Of a stretch of DNA of 64,000 nucleotides, positions 12,924 to 24,884 are shown piece by piece. Position 1 is the first letter of the stretch; each line of letters begins with the position of its first letter. Location of the stretch: NCBI RefSeq assembly GCF_006345805.1, contig NC_042998.1, positions 172,112,001-172,176,000 on the forward strand, written 5' to 3'. Under the pieces are notes generated by a model. It was not told the origin of the DNA and did no database searches. It was given only the letters and a program-made list of their open reading frames with translations. The position numbers and the translations under genes were made by a program. The DNA is from Octopus sinensis. Its lineage: Eukaryota.

Positions 12924-13972
12924 CTAGCATTAAAGACCCGTCGTTGCCGGGTCATAGTGCTGGTGCATGTATATATGTGTATATATATGTGTACATATTA
13001 CATGTACATCTATATATATACATCTACACATAAAATGCAAAATACAAAGTTATATCTTGATATCGCTAGTGATAACAATACTCAAAATATATAACAGACT
13101 GGAATTGTTAGCGCTTCTTTTTTCTCTACATTTTATAGACAATAGTCTTTTCTTTAATTTAATTTTTTATTATCCATCTGGACTATTCTATTTCTGCACG
13201 CTAATTTTATTTTTTATTTTTTCCCATTCATGTGAAACCACTTATTCAAGTTCAAATCATTGATGCAATTTTATACCAATTGCTATTTTTACTTTTGTTA
13301 TGTTACGATTATATTATACTTTAGTTTGATTTTAATTATTACTTACTACATATAATTCAATTGTTATTGTTATTTTTATTGTTAAAGTGAAAGCATCTGA
13401 CATAAAATAGAGAAATATTTTTGTTTCACTTTTAACACGTAATACTGAAATAGTGGAGAAGATATGATATTGCTATGGGCTCGCTCTAGGCAAGAAGTTG
13501 AACATTTTTTTTGCCCATAAAACTACATGGACCCTTAGTAAGGCATGTGTAAAATTTGAATGAAATTGGTTTTGTAGTTCTCAAGTTTTAGGGCATCGTA
13601 GTGGAGAAGATATGATATTGCTGTGGGCTCGCCCTAGGCAAGAAGTTAAAAAAATTTTTGCCGATGACACTCCCCGAACCCTAAGTAAGGCATGTGTAAA
13701 ATTCGAATGAAATTGGTGGTGTAGTTCTCAAGTTTTAGGGAAACACACAGACAGACAGACAGACACACATTCTCAGTTTTATATATATAAAGATATATAT
13801 ATATATATACATCTATACAACGGGCTTCAGTCTACGAAATCCACTCACAAGGCTTTGGTGGGCCCGAGGCTATAGTAGAAGACACTTGCCCAAAATGCCA
13901 TGCAGTGGGAATGAACCCAGAACTATGTGGTTGGTAATCAAGCTACTTAGCACACAGCCACTCATGCGCCTA
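12695..13972 (-). mobile_element. SINE family A split by a HINE insertion (halves about 12695-12921 and 13795-13972)
   Basis: Tail half precedes and head half follows the insert, joined at the SINE's internal (TA)n. Confidence 0.85.
12922..13794 (+). mobile_element. Non-autonomous Helitron/HINE (Lep1/DINE-like architecture)
   Basis: 5' TACTAGC...CCCGTCGTTGCCGGG; two ~148-bp tandem units (13451-13593, 13599-13740); (GACA)n near the 3' end, then TTTTATATATATAAAGAT. Confidence 0.7.
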
Positions 13973-14089
13973 TGTATGTATGTATGTATGTATGTATGTA
14001 TGTATGTATGAATGTGTGTATGTATAAATTTATGTATATATATATATATATGAATATGTAGTAGTAACAGAAAGGAGGAATTTCGGTTA

Positions 14090-15845
14090 TCCCCACGTGG
14101 TGAGTTGTAATATATATAAGAAATTAAAAACGGAAAATACGCACGCTTTACATAGTTTTAATATAATTTTTAATATATCGACCGGTTTCGCTATCGCTAT
14201 TCATGATATTATGTTTTACTTATTTGAATATGTATTTTCTAAAGAAGAAATTTTGTCCATGCTGTGTGTGATGATATTTACGAGAGAATGACTTCATAAG
14301 TAGAAAAATAAGGGAGGCAATTGGTTATCGTTATTATTGTTACTGTTGTGGGTAAGGGAGATAACTGTTCAGCTTTCGGTAAAGGGAGGGGAATATATAT
14401 GTACAGACAAGGTTTCGAGAAACTTGTTTAGAGAGGGGATTTATGTACAGTAATGTAATCGTGAATTGAGATATGTAAAAAGATAAAAGTTGGTTATGCG
14501 TGCATATTAAGATGTATTTTGTATTGTTCAACGAAAAAAGTTTCTTTATTAAAACGCTCTTGTGGAGAGATTGTGTCTTTGCACTGGGAGAAGACTGTGA
14601 AATTTGGTTTGATGTTATCTGCACATTTTTCTATATGTTCATTGAGATGAATTTGCCTGTATTGTGGGAACAGGATTTGCTCTTTATGTAGACTGGTTCT
14701 CTTTCTCAAGGTCGTACTCGTTTGTCCAATAAAGTTGTGTCCGCAACCTGAGCAAGTTTTTACATAAATTAGGTTCTCAGAGGCACAAGTGAAACTAATT
14801 TTAATTGTGAACCTCTGTCCTTGTTTGAAAAGGAAATCCGAGCCCTCATTTTTCAACCGTTGGTTTCGTGGTTGTTTTGTAAAGCTTCGCATTTGTTAGT
14901 AGTCTCTTTAGCGATTTGTCTTGCTTTTTACATTTGATGAGTTTGTGTGTTTTCAGGATGTTGTTCATTTTTGGATCTCTAGTTAGTAAAGGAAGATTTT
15001 GCACAATAGTCTTGAATGCCTCACTGTTTCTGGGGTTGTGTGTTGATATAAATAGTAATGTTTTGAGATGAGGTGTGGTGTTATGTTTTGTTGTTCTTAG
15101 TGTTTTTATGTCTAATTGTTTGGCACGTTTAATTCCCTTGTCGATAAGTGAGGGTGGATATTGGCTTTCAATAAATGTTGTTTTGAGGTCTTCAAGACGA
15201 AGGTCCCGAGTTGTTCTATTATACACTATTGTGTAAATTAATTTTGCCAAATTGAAAGGGATATTTATTTTGATGTGTTTCAGTTGGTTTATAATAGATT
15301 TGATTGTTGACTTTTTTATCATAATGTCTAAAAATGGGAGTTGTTCTTTGTTATATTCCATTGTGAATTGAATGTTACTATTTATATCCTTTAGTGTTGA
15401 TTTGAAATCCAAAAGTTTGTCGATGTTCTCCTTTGAAATGATAAAACAGTCATCCAAGTATCTTTTCCAATTTTCTCCTATGTAGAGGTAAAATGGGTAA
15501 CCATATTTCTGAAGTGATACTTCATATAAGGTAAATTCAAAATAACCCATTATTAGGTTCTCAAGAACAGGGGCTGCTTTCGTTCCCATCGCAATTCTGC
15601 ATTTCTGACGATAGTATGCGTCATCAAATAATTGTTCTGAAGTATAAATTTTAAAGATTCAATAATAAAGATCTGGTTTATGCATTCCAGGAGTACTTTT
15701 CCCACCAGAATTTAATTGCTTTTATTCCTGTCATGGAGGATATCGGTGTAAAGATTGATAACATCTTTTATCACTTGAAAGGAGAACATCGACAAACTTG
15801 AATTTCAAATCAACACTAAATGATATAAATAGTAACATTCAATTT
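14090..15845 (-). mobile_element. 5'-truncated Penelope-like element (RT plus GIY-YIG, 3' pLTR region)
   Basis: FIIESLKFILQNNY, AMGTKAAP, WKRYLDDCF, EQLPFLD; GIY-YIG NLIYVKTCSGCGHNFIGQT...LRKRTSLHK; stop at 14494; hammerhead-like motif in the 3' region. Confidence 0.9.
14175..14209 (-). ncRNA. Minimal type I hammerhead-like motif, A3-U8 core variant
   Basis: ATATC-ATGAATA-GC(GATA)GC-GAAA-CCGG-TC-GATAT. Confidence 0.6.
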
Positions 15846-16136
15846 GCTTGTCCTGCCCGCACCTCGGCGAGATGGCACTTCCGTGTCTTACTGATATATT
15901 AATGGAGCATAGCTTACAGTGAATGTTATTAAATCACAGGAAGAGGCTTTATGAAGTGGATTCCAGTTGTTTCTAGTAAGCATGAAGCTTTAAACTTATG
16001 CAGACAGACGCAGCACAATATTCATGCCTTTCCTAGAGCAATATATAAAGTAGAATAAGTAAAACTGGGTCACCACCTCAAATAACCAGGAAGTTATTTC
16101 CGACCCTGCACTACAGAGATTAAATACAAGGTAAAC
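15845..16136 (+). promoter_or_regulatory. Promoter/first-exon-like island (tentative)
   Basis: CpG cluster, ETS-like CACTTCCG at 15876-15883, CAGGAAGT near 16087, YY1-like AGATGGC, donor-like CAAG|GTAAAC at 16131. Confidence 0.3.
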
Positions 16137-16402
16137 AAATAAAAATATTTCGAATTTTGTGAAGTTACTTTGTGTTTCATATCAAACTACTGGCAAACAA
16201 ACTTGCTTACCATGTATTGGTGTAAGTATGGCTATGTGGTTAAGAAGTATGCTTCTCAACTATGTGGATTTAAGTTCAGTCTCACTGCAGAGCACCTTGG
16301 AGATGTGTCTTCTGCTAAATCCCCCACACAGACCAAAGTCATGTTAGTAGATCTGGTAGACAAAAACTGAAAGAAGCCCATCATTTGTATGTATATATAT
16401 AT

Positions 16403-16629
16403 ATTTCTTTATTGCCCACAAGGGGTTAAACATAGAGGGGACAAACAAGGACAGATATAGGGATTAAGTCGATTGCATCGACCCCAGTGCAAAACTGGTA
16501 CTTTATTTATCGACCCTGAAAGGATGAAAGGCAATGTCGACCTCAGCGGAATTTGAACTCAGAACGTAACGACAGACGAAATACCACTAAGCATTTTGCC
16601 CGGCGCGCTAACGTGTCTGCCAGCTCACC
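16403..16629 (-). mobile_element. SINE family B
   Basis: Near-identical layout to 4116-4342. Confidence 0.85.
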
Positions 16630-16734
16630 TATATATATATCTATCTATATATATGTGTATATATATATATATCTATCTATATGTGTATATATATATATAT
16701 ATCTATCTAGATATCTATATATATCTATATCTAT

Positions 16735-17320
16735 AGGTCTCACTGAGGAAATGACCAGCGACCGAGACCTTTGGAAATATGCTGTGCGTGAAAAGACCAG
16801 GCAGGACAAGTGAGTCCAGCCCACTTATGCATGCCTTTCCTCCCTTGGACACACAAAGACCTGTTGAGGCAAGCGAAGTCGATATCGAACCTCATCCGAC
16901 GACAAGCACCTATGCTTGCGAAGACCTGTTGGGGCAAGTGAAATCGAAATCGAACCAATCCTATGACTGGCACCCGGCAGATGCCAGGACCCCTGGACTG
17001 GAGATATGTAAAAAGCACTATCCGAATCGTGGCTGATGCCAGCGCCTCCTCGACTGGCTTCCGTGTCGGTGGCACGTAAAATGCACCAATCCAACCATGG
17101 CCGATGCCAGCCTCGCCTGGCACCAGTGCAGGTGGCACGTAAAAAGCACCCACTACACTCACGGAGTGGTTGGCGTTAGGAAGGGCATCCAGCTGTAGAA
17201 ACATTGCCAGATGAGACTGGAGCCTGGTGCAGCCTTCTGGCTTCCCAGATCCCCGGTCGAACCGTCCAACCCATGCTAGCATGGAGAACGAACGTTAAAC
17301 GATGATGATGATGATGATCT
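16735..17320 (+). mobile_element. RTE-clade LINE 3' end (ORF2 tail, 3' UTR, (GAT)n)
   Basis: GLTEEMTSDRDLWKYAVREKTRQDK*, then GGTGGCACGTAAAAAGCACC units, GGAAGGGCATCCAG and a GATGATGAT tail. Confidence 0.88.
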
Positions 17321-17639
17321 ATATACACACACACATATACATACATCTAGAACTATGCTAATAGCTTAGGAGTGAAATTTAGGATTTCTTGGTTTTCTGT
17401 AAAACGATTTTGATAAAACTTTTCCCAGCTGGTTTGCACACTATGGCAACACCACTATTTTCATTGTACTGTGTAATGTCCTTTTTTATTTCAGATTCTT
17501 CAGTTTTTTGGGTGAACCACGCTAATAGCTTTTGAATTAAAATAGCCCATCTAGACATTTTTTTCCAGAAAATGAAGGGTAATGATACATATTAAGCATA
17601 CATTGAGTATATATTTAACAGAAAATCATAATAATATTA

Positions 17640-18600
17640 TATTTATTGACATAATGAATTATTTGGCCACATGAGTGCTATTTCGACGGGTAACTTCTAA
17701 AACCCCATTAGTCATGGAATCTGTCAATTTCTTAATAATAACACATTGGACTGCCTCTGCTGCAGCTTTGATGATCGCCCATAAGACATCTATTGACGTA
17801 AATTGGCATAAACATCGTTTAATGATAGACCAAAGATTTTTTATAGGGTTGAGATCTGGAAATGCTGGCAGCTACACCATCAACCTTTCATCTTGTATGC
17901 TGTAAGATCCTAGTAATGTTTGGATGGTCCTAGCAGAGTGGGAGGGAGCGTTGTCATGTCCTTAGAAGCAACATCCATAGGTCATCTAGCCAGGGATCCA
18001 AGACCTCCTTCAGGAGATTGCAGTAGGTGGCTGTGGTCACTTTAACTCCTTCAGGAACCCTGACTGGGCCAGGTCTGTCCCCGAAGATACATCCAACCTA
18101 TTGTTGACATCGTAAACGTTGGTGATGCTCATCTCCAAAATAGACCCAACCATCAGGTCCGTCAAGGGTCACTCTAGCTTTGTCAGTGAACAGAACATAA
18201 CTCATGTCTAATGTCATGTACTTTTGGGCCCACTGAAGCCTCAAACTCCTGATAAAGGAGGCAGTTTCAAGGGTTCTTGCACAGAAGCCATGATCCTGAG
18301 GATGTGATTTCTGGTGGTTTGTGGTACATAAGTCCAGATGTAGTGAAAATGGCTTTGCTTGTTTGTCCAGGTTTCCCATGTAATTTGCGGCCAATATTCC
18401 TTAAATTGTTAGCTGTCACAGTCTTGGAGGTCCCACAATTGGATAGTTTCTTCAGGAATTGTCTAACCATGTCCACATGATGACCTAACTTCTCTGTAAT
18501 GACTTGAAGAGAGGTGCCTTTAGCACTTTTCTTGATGATGACAGGCTTTTCATCATTAAGGCATTTTCCATGTCCCAAGAAATTACTGTGATGACTGACT
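17640..18600 (-). mobile_element. Decayed Tc1-like element
   Basis: MGHGKCL...EKLGHHVDMVRQF; LQWAQKYM...VLFTDKARVTLDGPDGW. Confidence 0.75.
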
Positions 18601-19002
18601 GCAGATTATTAGTAATAATAAAAGGTAAGGTAATTAATAGGTTACTGTCCTAAAAAACACAATCAAATTTCGACACGATTATACTCTCTGTAAAGTTGAT
18701 GGATTGGCAGAATTGATGGAAGTGAATAAAATACCTTAAAGAATTTGTACCAGTTCTTTACATTCTGTGTTTAAGTTCTGAGGACATCTTTGCCTTTCAT
18801 TCCTCAGAGATTGATAGCATAAAGCACCAGTCGAGGATGGAGGTCAATGTAATGAACTAATCATATCTTGCTGATGTGTTTCATAATGACAAGATTAAAG
18901 AATGAAGGACATCACAATAGGAAAAGATACAATATTTAAACATTTTAAGAATATATGATTTAATAAACACAGTAATGAAAGAATAAACAATTTTTAAAAT
19001 AA

Positions 19003-19008
19003 TTTATT
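19003..19008 (-). terminator. Candidate AATAAA polyadenylation signal of MRPS35
   Basis: tttatt on + strand about 200 nt past the stop codon; usage not demonstrable from sequence. Confidence 0.4.
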
Positions 19009-19205
19009 TATAAAAAAGGCAAAAAACACCCCTAATACTTTAATCACCCCATATCAAGCAACATGTTAAATCTGAGAAAAACTATGCAGAAGAATTTCAG
19101 GAAGATAGACTTTCAATGGCTAGAAATCTGTGATGGATGAGGTAATAAAGGGCATTTTTTAACTCCTATTTCACAAATAGTCTAAAGATGTCTCAGTATA
19201 ACAGT

Positions 19206-19394
19206 TTAAAATGTTGTTTTTATATTTAACAAGTTTTTTACACTTTCTTTATATGCTTTCAAGTTTTCTGTATTTTCACCCTCATCAATCATTGATGTTA
19301 GAGCTTTTTTGTAAGCCTGAACTTGAGGAAGAGCAACAACAGTTTCTTCTGAGGCATCTGATGGTAGATTAGGTAGTTGTTTGTCATCAGAGGC
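19206..19394 (-). CDS. MRPS35: mS35 terminal coding exon, 189 nt including TAA
   Basis: tatttcag|GCC. ASDDKQLPNLPSDASEETVVALPQVQAYKKALTSMIDEGENTENLKAYKESVKNLLNIKTTF*, compare human [33 protein letters not shown]. Confidence 0.92.
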   Translation of the reverse strand, partial: ASDDKQLPNLPSDASEETVVALPQVQAYKKALTSMIDEGENTENLKAYKESVKNLLNIKTTF

Positions 19395-20589
19395 CTGAAA
19401 TAAAATAAAATATAAAAATGGTGAAATTTTGATAATTATATCAACGAGGATAATAAGAAATTAAAACTTTTGAACCATGTACTTCCCCTTTTGCTATTTT
19501 CTTTCTCTTTCCAACATTTAAAGGATTTGAGTTTAGGGTTTTTTTTTTAATGTTAAACATAAATACATATGCATTTAAAAACAATTTGTATTGCTTACAG
19601 ATTTTTAGTTAGTTTGGCTGATAAAAAAATCTGTAAGCAATACAATTGGTCTCACCTACTGTGGTCTCACCTACATGCAACAACTGAAGCTTTCAATGTC
19701 AAGCCATTCTCTCAAATTACGTGTGCTTTGCACAATATGCAGATGACCATCTTCAACAGATCAACAAATGACCAAGTGGTTTATTCTGCTTCAAATTACA
19801 TTTTATGATCTTCAAAAAAAGGGCGCATTCGGTAGTGTTGTCCAAGCTATACAATGCCTGAGAAATGTTGAAACAGTCATTTCTAAATAACCTTTGATCA
19901 TAGGTGGGCTGGATCAAGATTGAGTTGAGGCTAACAATCAATACCAAAACTAGCATTTGAATTGCACCATGAAGTGTTAAATGCAATAAGTATATACAGA
20001 GTTATGTACCTTGATTGGATGTAGACTGATGAACAAAGTTTGATATCATAACCATATATTCAGGAGTCACTATTCTTATTTTTGTATGAGATTTACAAAA
20101 TTTCGAAGAAACTTAGAGATCCTGTGGGTAATACTACCAGAGAAGTTTTTGATGGATGAAATATTTTCAGTTTAGTAGGAAATAAATTTAGTAGCAACAA
20201 AGAAGGAAAACACACACATTTCAACTATACAAGGGTTGAAAATATTTCAGAATTTAAATCCTACAACGATAAGTTCCACCTTTACTTCATAATCAAGTGA
20301 CTTAATATAAGAAATGATATCCAATGTAATTACTTCAGTAAAAAGACCATCCAACACATAGTAGTTTGGTACTTATTTTATCAACTTTATGGACATATAT
20401 TTGTGTCAATAATATGTAAGTGTGTGTATATTTATTTTATATGCTGTATAAGCATGCCCATGAACACCTTATAAGACTGAAGGAAATTCAAACTGCAGCT
20501 TGTATTTGTACCTGCTTACACTAAACACAAGGACCTGCTGCCTCTAGGTAAGTGACCTCAAAGATGTTTTCCTTTCCAGATGCTGAAAA

Positions 20590-22780
20590 CATCATCCCCA
20601 GCCTACAAGCACAAAGTTTCCACAATGAGAGGTAAGTCTGGAGAGATTGCTGAAATGTTTGAGTGAAGGTATGTAGATGTGTACTGCATGCAAGAGGTAC
20701 AATGGAGGTGAGCCTCAGTTAGAGTGCTTACAGGTAAGAGACATAGATACATGTTCTTCTGGGTGGGCAGCAATGATGGTCTAGGTGGTGTAAGTATTCT
20801 ATTCTCCAGGCAGAGAAATGGGTGTATAAGGAGACTGAGGTCGTCAGGGTATGTGATAGATCAATCTTTTCTGTGGACTACCTTGACAATGAAAGACAAC
20901 TATGTTCTCATTGTGGCAGGGGACTTCAATGGCCATGTTGGAAAACACTGATGGGTTTCAGAGAATGCATGGAGGCTACAGTTTGGCCCTAGAAATAAGG
21001 AAGGAACAAGGTTGCTGGAGTTTTGTGATGTACATGATTTACTGATCTGCAATACCGACTTCATAAAATCTGCCAGCCATCTCATCACTTATCAATCTGG
21101 TAGGCACCGTAGCCAGAGTGACAACATCTTCACCAGAAACAGAGACAGGCATATGCTTGTGAATGCAAAATCCTTTCCAGGTGAAAAATGTACAACTCAA
21201 GAGAGGTTAGTGACTTCAAACTTAGGGTTAGAATGATGAAGACACAAACTGGTATAGAAAAGGCGGTCATGGAAACTCAGGAATCCTTCATATAGGCAGA
21301 GATTTAAGAAATGTTCTTAATGAAGCCTTTGATGAGAAGGAGGAAGAGATAGAGATATGCGACAGAGGACAAATGGAAGTTCTTACAGGATGATCTAGTA
21401 ATTGAGACAGATCAAATCTGTGGCTGGAGCAAAGCTTCTGCCAGACCAAGGGTGATATGACAGTGGGACACTGAGGTTGGCAGGGTCGTAAATGAGAAGA
21501 AATGGGTTTGCAAAGAATGGAAAAGTGGGCGTAGCAGGGAACCATATCAGATAGCTAAACAGGAAGCTAAGTGTCAGGTTTATCTAGCTAGAGCAGAAGC
21601 AGAAAGGAAGAGGTTTGCCAATGTCCTAAAATGTGAAAATCAGAGACTTGAGGTGTTCCATATTGCTAGACAGTGTGTCAGAGAGAATCAAGAAGTTATG
21701 AAAGAGAAGTGTGTATGGATGGATAATGGTATGCTTGCACTTAGTAATTCTGAAAAGAAAGAGGTATGGAAGAGTTACTATGCAAGGCTATTAAATATGG
21801 ATAATGCTGGTGGCTCGTGCCGGTGGCATGTAAAAGCACCCACTACACTCTCGGAGTGGTTGGCGTTAGGAAGGGCATCCAGCTGTAGAAATTCTGCCAG
21901 ATCAGATTGGAGTGTGGTGCAGCCATCTGGTCCGCCAGACCTCAGTCAAATCTTCCAACCCATGCTAGCATGGAAAGTGGACGTTAAACGATGATGATGG
22001 TGATGAATGAATAGAATAAAGGGAGTTTCCTTTATGTGAATCTGACAGAGGGACCAGCTACCCTAGTAGACAGTGCTATGATAGATAAACAATTAAAGAT
22101 ATGAAGACAGAGAAAGTCCCTGAATCATCAGGAGTCACTGCAAAGATAATTAAAATATCTGGTAGAGTAGAATATGGACTAGTCACCCATAGAGTTAATC
22201 AGGTTATTCAGGAAGACATAATCCCCAGTGACTGGTGTAGCAGCATTATAGTCAGCTGCTACAAGAGTAAGGGAGAGGCCTTGGATACAAGTAATTATAG
22301 AGGTATCAAATACTAGACAATGAAAATTATAAAGAGTGTTACAGCACAATTAATTAAGAGCAGAATTAGACTAGATGAAATGTACTCTGACTTTGTCCGG
22401 GGAAGAAGCACTACAAGAGAAGGCAACTGCAAGAGAAGTATTTAGCTAAGATTAAACCATTATACTTGGCATTTGTTGATCTAAAGAAAGCCTTTGATAG
22501 ATTACCCTGATGTGTGATATGGTGGGCTCTGAGGAAGCTAGGGATAGATGAGTGGCTTGTAATAGCTGTACATGCCATGCACAGAAGCTCTGTCAGTAAG
22601 GTGAAAGTTAACTATGAGTACAGTGATGAATTTGGTGTACAGGTAGGCATTCATCAGGGCTTGGTACTTAGTCCCCTCCTTTTCATCATTGTCCTCCAGG
22701 CCATAATAGAGGAATTCAAGACTGGCTGCCCTTGGAAACTGCCAAATGTTGATGACCTTGCTTTCATAGCAGCTCTCTAG
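20590..22780 (+). mobile_element. Decayed RTE LINE (APE endonuclease plus part of RT), antisense in the last MRPS35 intron
   Basis: MQEV, GDFNGHVG, LLEFC...LLICNT, YRGIK, GIHQGLVLSPLLF; a separate RTE 3' UTR piece is inserted at about 21806-22005. Confidence 0.88.
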
Positions 22781-22925
22781 TTTACCAGCTCTGGTTAAAC
22801 CATCCAATTCATGCCAGAATAGAAAATGAACATGATGATAATGATATGTTGAACCAGTAAGATAAAACAAAAAGCTAAAAACAGATTACAAAATGCATGC
22901 TAGAAATTTCAAAAATGTAGTTTAC

Positions 22926-23060
22926 CTCAGACCCATTACTGCTATCAGTATCTTTAATTCTTTGAAGCAGTTGGACTATATTCTTTCTTGAAACATTCTT
23001 ATCCCAGAAAAAACATTCCCAGTCGGCTTCAGTTTTCTCAGATTCCCAAGGCTCCACTCG
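22926..23060 (-). CDS. MRPS35: mS35 coding exon, 135 nt, phase 0/0
   Basis: attaaaag|CGA...GAG|gtaaac. RVEPWESEKTEADWECFFWDKNVSRKNIVQLLQRIKDTDSSNGSE, compare human [34 protein letters not shown]. Confidence 0.93.
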
Positions 23061-23395
23061 CTTTTAATAGAAGACAAGTCAATATTTGATTGTAAATTTT
23101 CAGTGTAGAGTTAAAAAAATAAACATAGTTTGAAGATACTGTAAATCTAATAAAAAGAAATTTAAAATTTCATTTATCCATTGAAAGCAACAAACAGAAA
23201 GTATTCAAATTTGATATCTATTATGTTTTTGTATCTTATCTGTAGTTAGTTATATATATATTGATTTTATTTTGCATAAATGTTATGTTAACTTCTCTAT
23301 AAACAAAAATGTCTTTGTTAAACCCCAAGCCAGTTCAGATTAAGCTTAATCAAACATCTTCCAGCCACATCCATTGTCTTTTTTCAGATATAGTA

Positions 23396-24357
23396 TCAGG
23401 TTGGTGCAAAAGTAACGTCCGATTTCTAGAAAAAATGTTTCCGAGCAAATTTATCAATTTTTTAATCTCCTCTTATGGTTTTAAGATATTTCTGTGTCTA
23501 ATTTGTACTATTTTCTTTCAGATTATCGAACTTCTGGCCATAATTCTCAAAAAATTTTACCATCATGTTTGTCCCATCTAAAGATCACATAAGAAATGTT
23601 TTACACTACGAGTTTCATAAAGGTGTTAATGCAAGTGCAGCAGCAAGATCTATTCAGAGCACTCGTGGGGTGATGTAGTGAATGATAGAAGTTGCAGGAG
23701 GTGGTTTCCCCGTTTCCGAAGTTGTGATTTCATTTTGAAAGAAGAGCCAAAAGAGGGTCATCCAAAAAAAGACTTGATTCCGAAATGTTGGAAGCTCTTG
23801 TTTCAGAGAATCGTACTGTTACCACTAGGGAACTTGTAGAACAGTTAAACGTGGCCCATACAACAATGGTATGTCAGCTAAAACACATTGGAAAGGTTTC
23901 AGTGGCTGGAAAATGGGTCCCTCATGAGCTGTCTCCAGAGAATTGACAACAGCTTGCTGTTTGTTGTCAATCATTGCTTTCGCAACACTTTCAAGCAATA
24001 TTTTTAGACAGGCTTGTTATAGGTGGATTCTTTACTATAATATTAAATGGCAGCGTTCTTGAAGCAGCCGAGGAGGACGGCCAGTTCAACCACCGAGCAG
24101 GACTTCATCCAAAGAAGATCATGTTGAGTGTATGGTGGCATATTAAAGGAGTAATCCATTATGAACTGTTGGATAGCAACCAAACAATTAATGCTAATCT
24201 TTACTGTGAGTAACTTCGTCATTTGAAAACAGTTCTGAGCCAAAAACGAGCATCCTTGGTTAACAGAAAGGGTGTCATCTTCCATCACGATAATGCTCAT
24301 CCTCACACAACTCGACTGACCAAAACTCTTTTGGAAGAACTTGGTTGGGAAATACTC
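23396..24357 (+). mobile_element. Decayed mellifera-like mariner, 3' truncated
   Basis: TA|TCAGGTTGGTGCAAAAGTAA TIR; GKWVPHEL, HPKKIMLSVWW, NRKGVIFHHDNAHPH. Confidence 0.85.
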
Positions 24358-24814
24358 ATTAGTAATGTCTTCTCTATATTCTGTATTATAAATGATCCAA
24401 AAGATATTTGTACAGTGAAGGAGCTTTGTATCAGTGTTTAAAACATTTGAAGTCTTTATATTAATATAGGTAAAGCAGATTAACTAATTTGAACTCAACA
24501 TACCAAACTATTGCTGAGCTGATTTATCTATGGTACTGACATACAGTTATAATGACTGGATCATTTGAAAATAAAGTATCTAAGCATGAACATAGTGTCA
24601 GGGTATAAATAGTGGATTAATTATTTAGTGACCTTACAATCCAGTAATTTCATCAGCTGTGAATGTAACGATTATTTTGAACATCAATAATCAATAGTAT
24701 AAAAAAATTTAGTTCCCTACATTTTATATTTGGATCTCTTTCTATGTGAATGTAACAAAATTAAAATTAGTAACTGAATTAAAAAAAGGAATTGTATTAC
24801 AAAGTCTTTCTTAC

Positions 24815-24884
24815 ACATGATTCATGATATAATGCAGTCAATACATAAACCAGATAGTCATAATTCTGTTTCTTCAAAGGACAT
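24815..24884 (-). CDS. MRPS35: mS35 coding exon, 70 nt, phase 2/0
   Basis: gtaccacag|A TGT...TGT|gtaaga. [23 protein letters not shown], compare human [23 protein letters not shown]. Confidence 0.96.

Noticed and set aside
13451-13740. CRISPR-like or satellite array
   Set aside because: Only two ~148-bp units with no spacers, inside a HINE-like element in a eukaryote.
15838-15878. U7-like Sm site plus hairpin
   Set aside because: AATTTGCTTG is not the U7 Sm site and its start is the end of the inverted Penelope RT segment.
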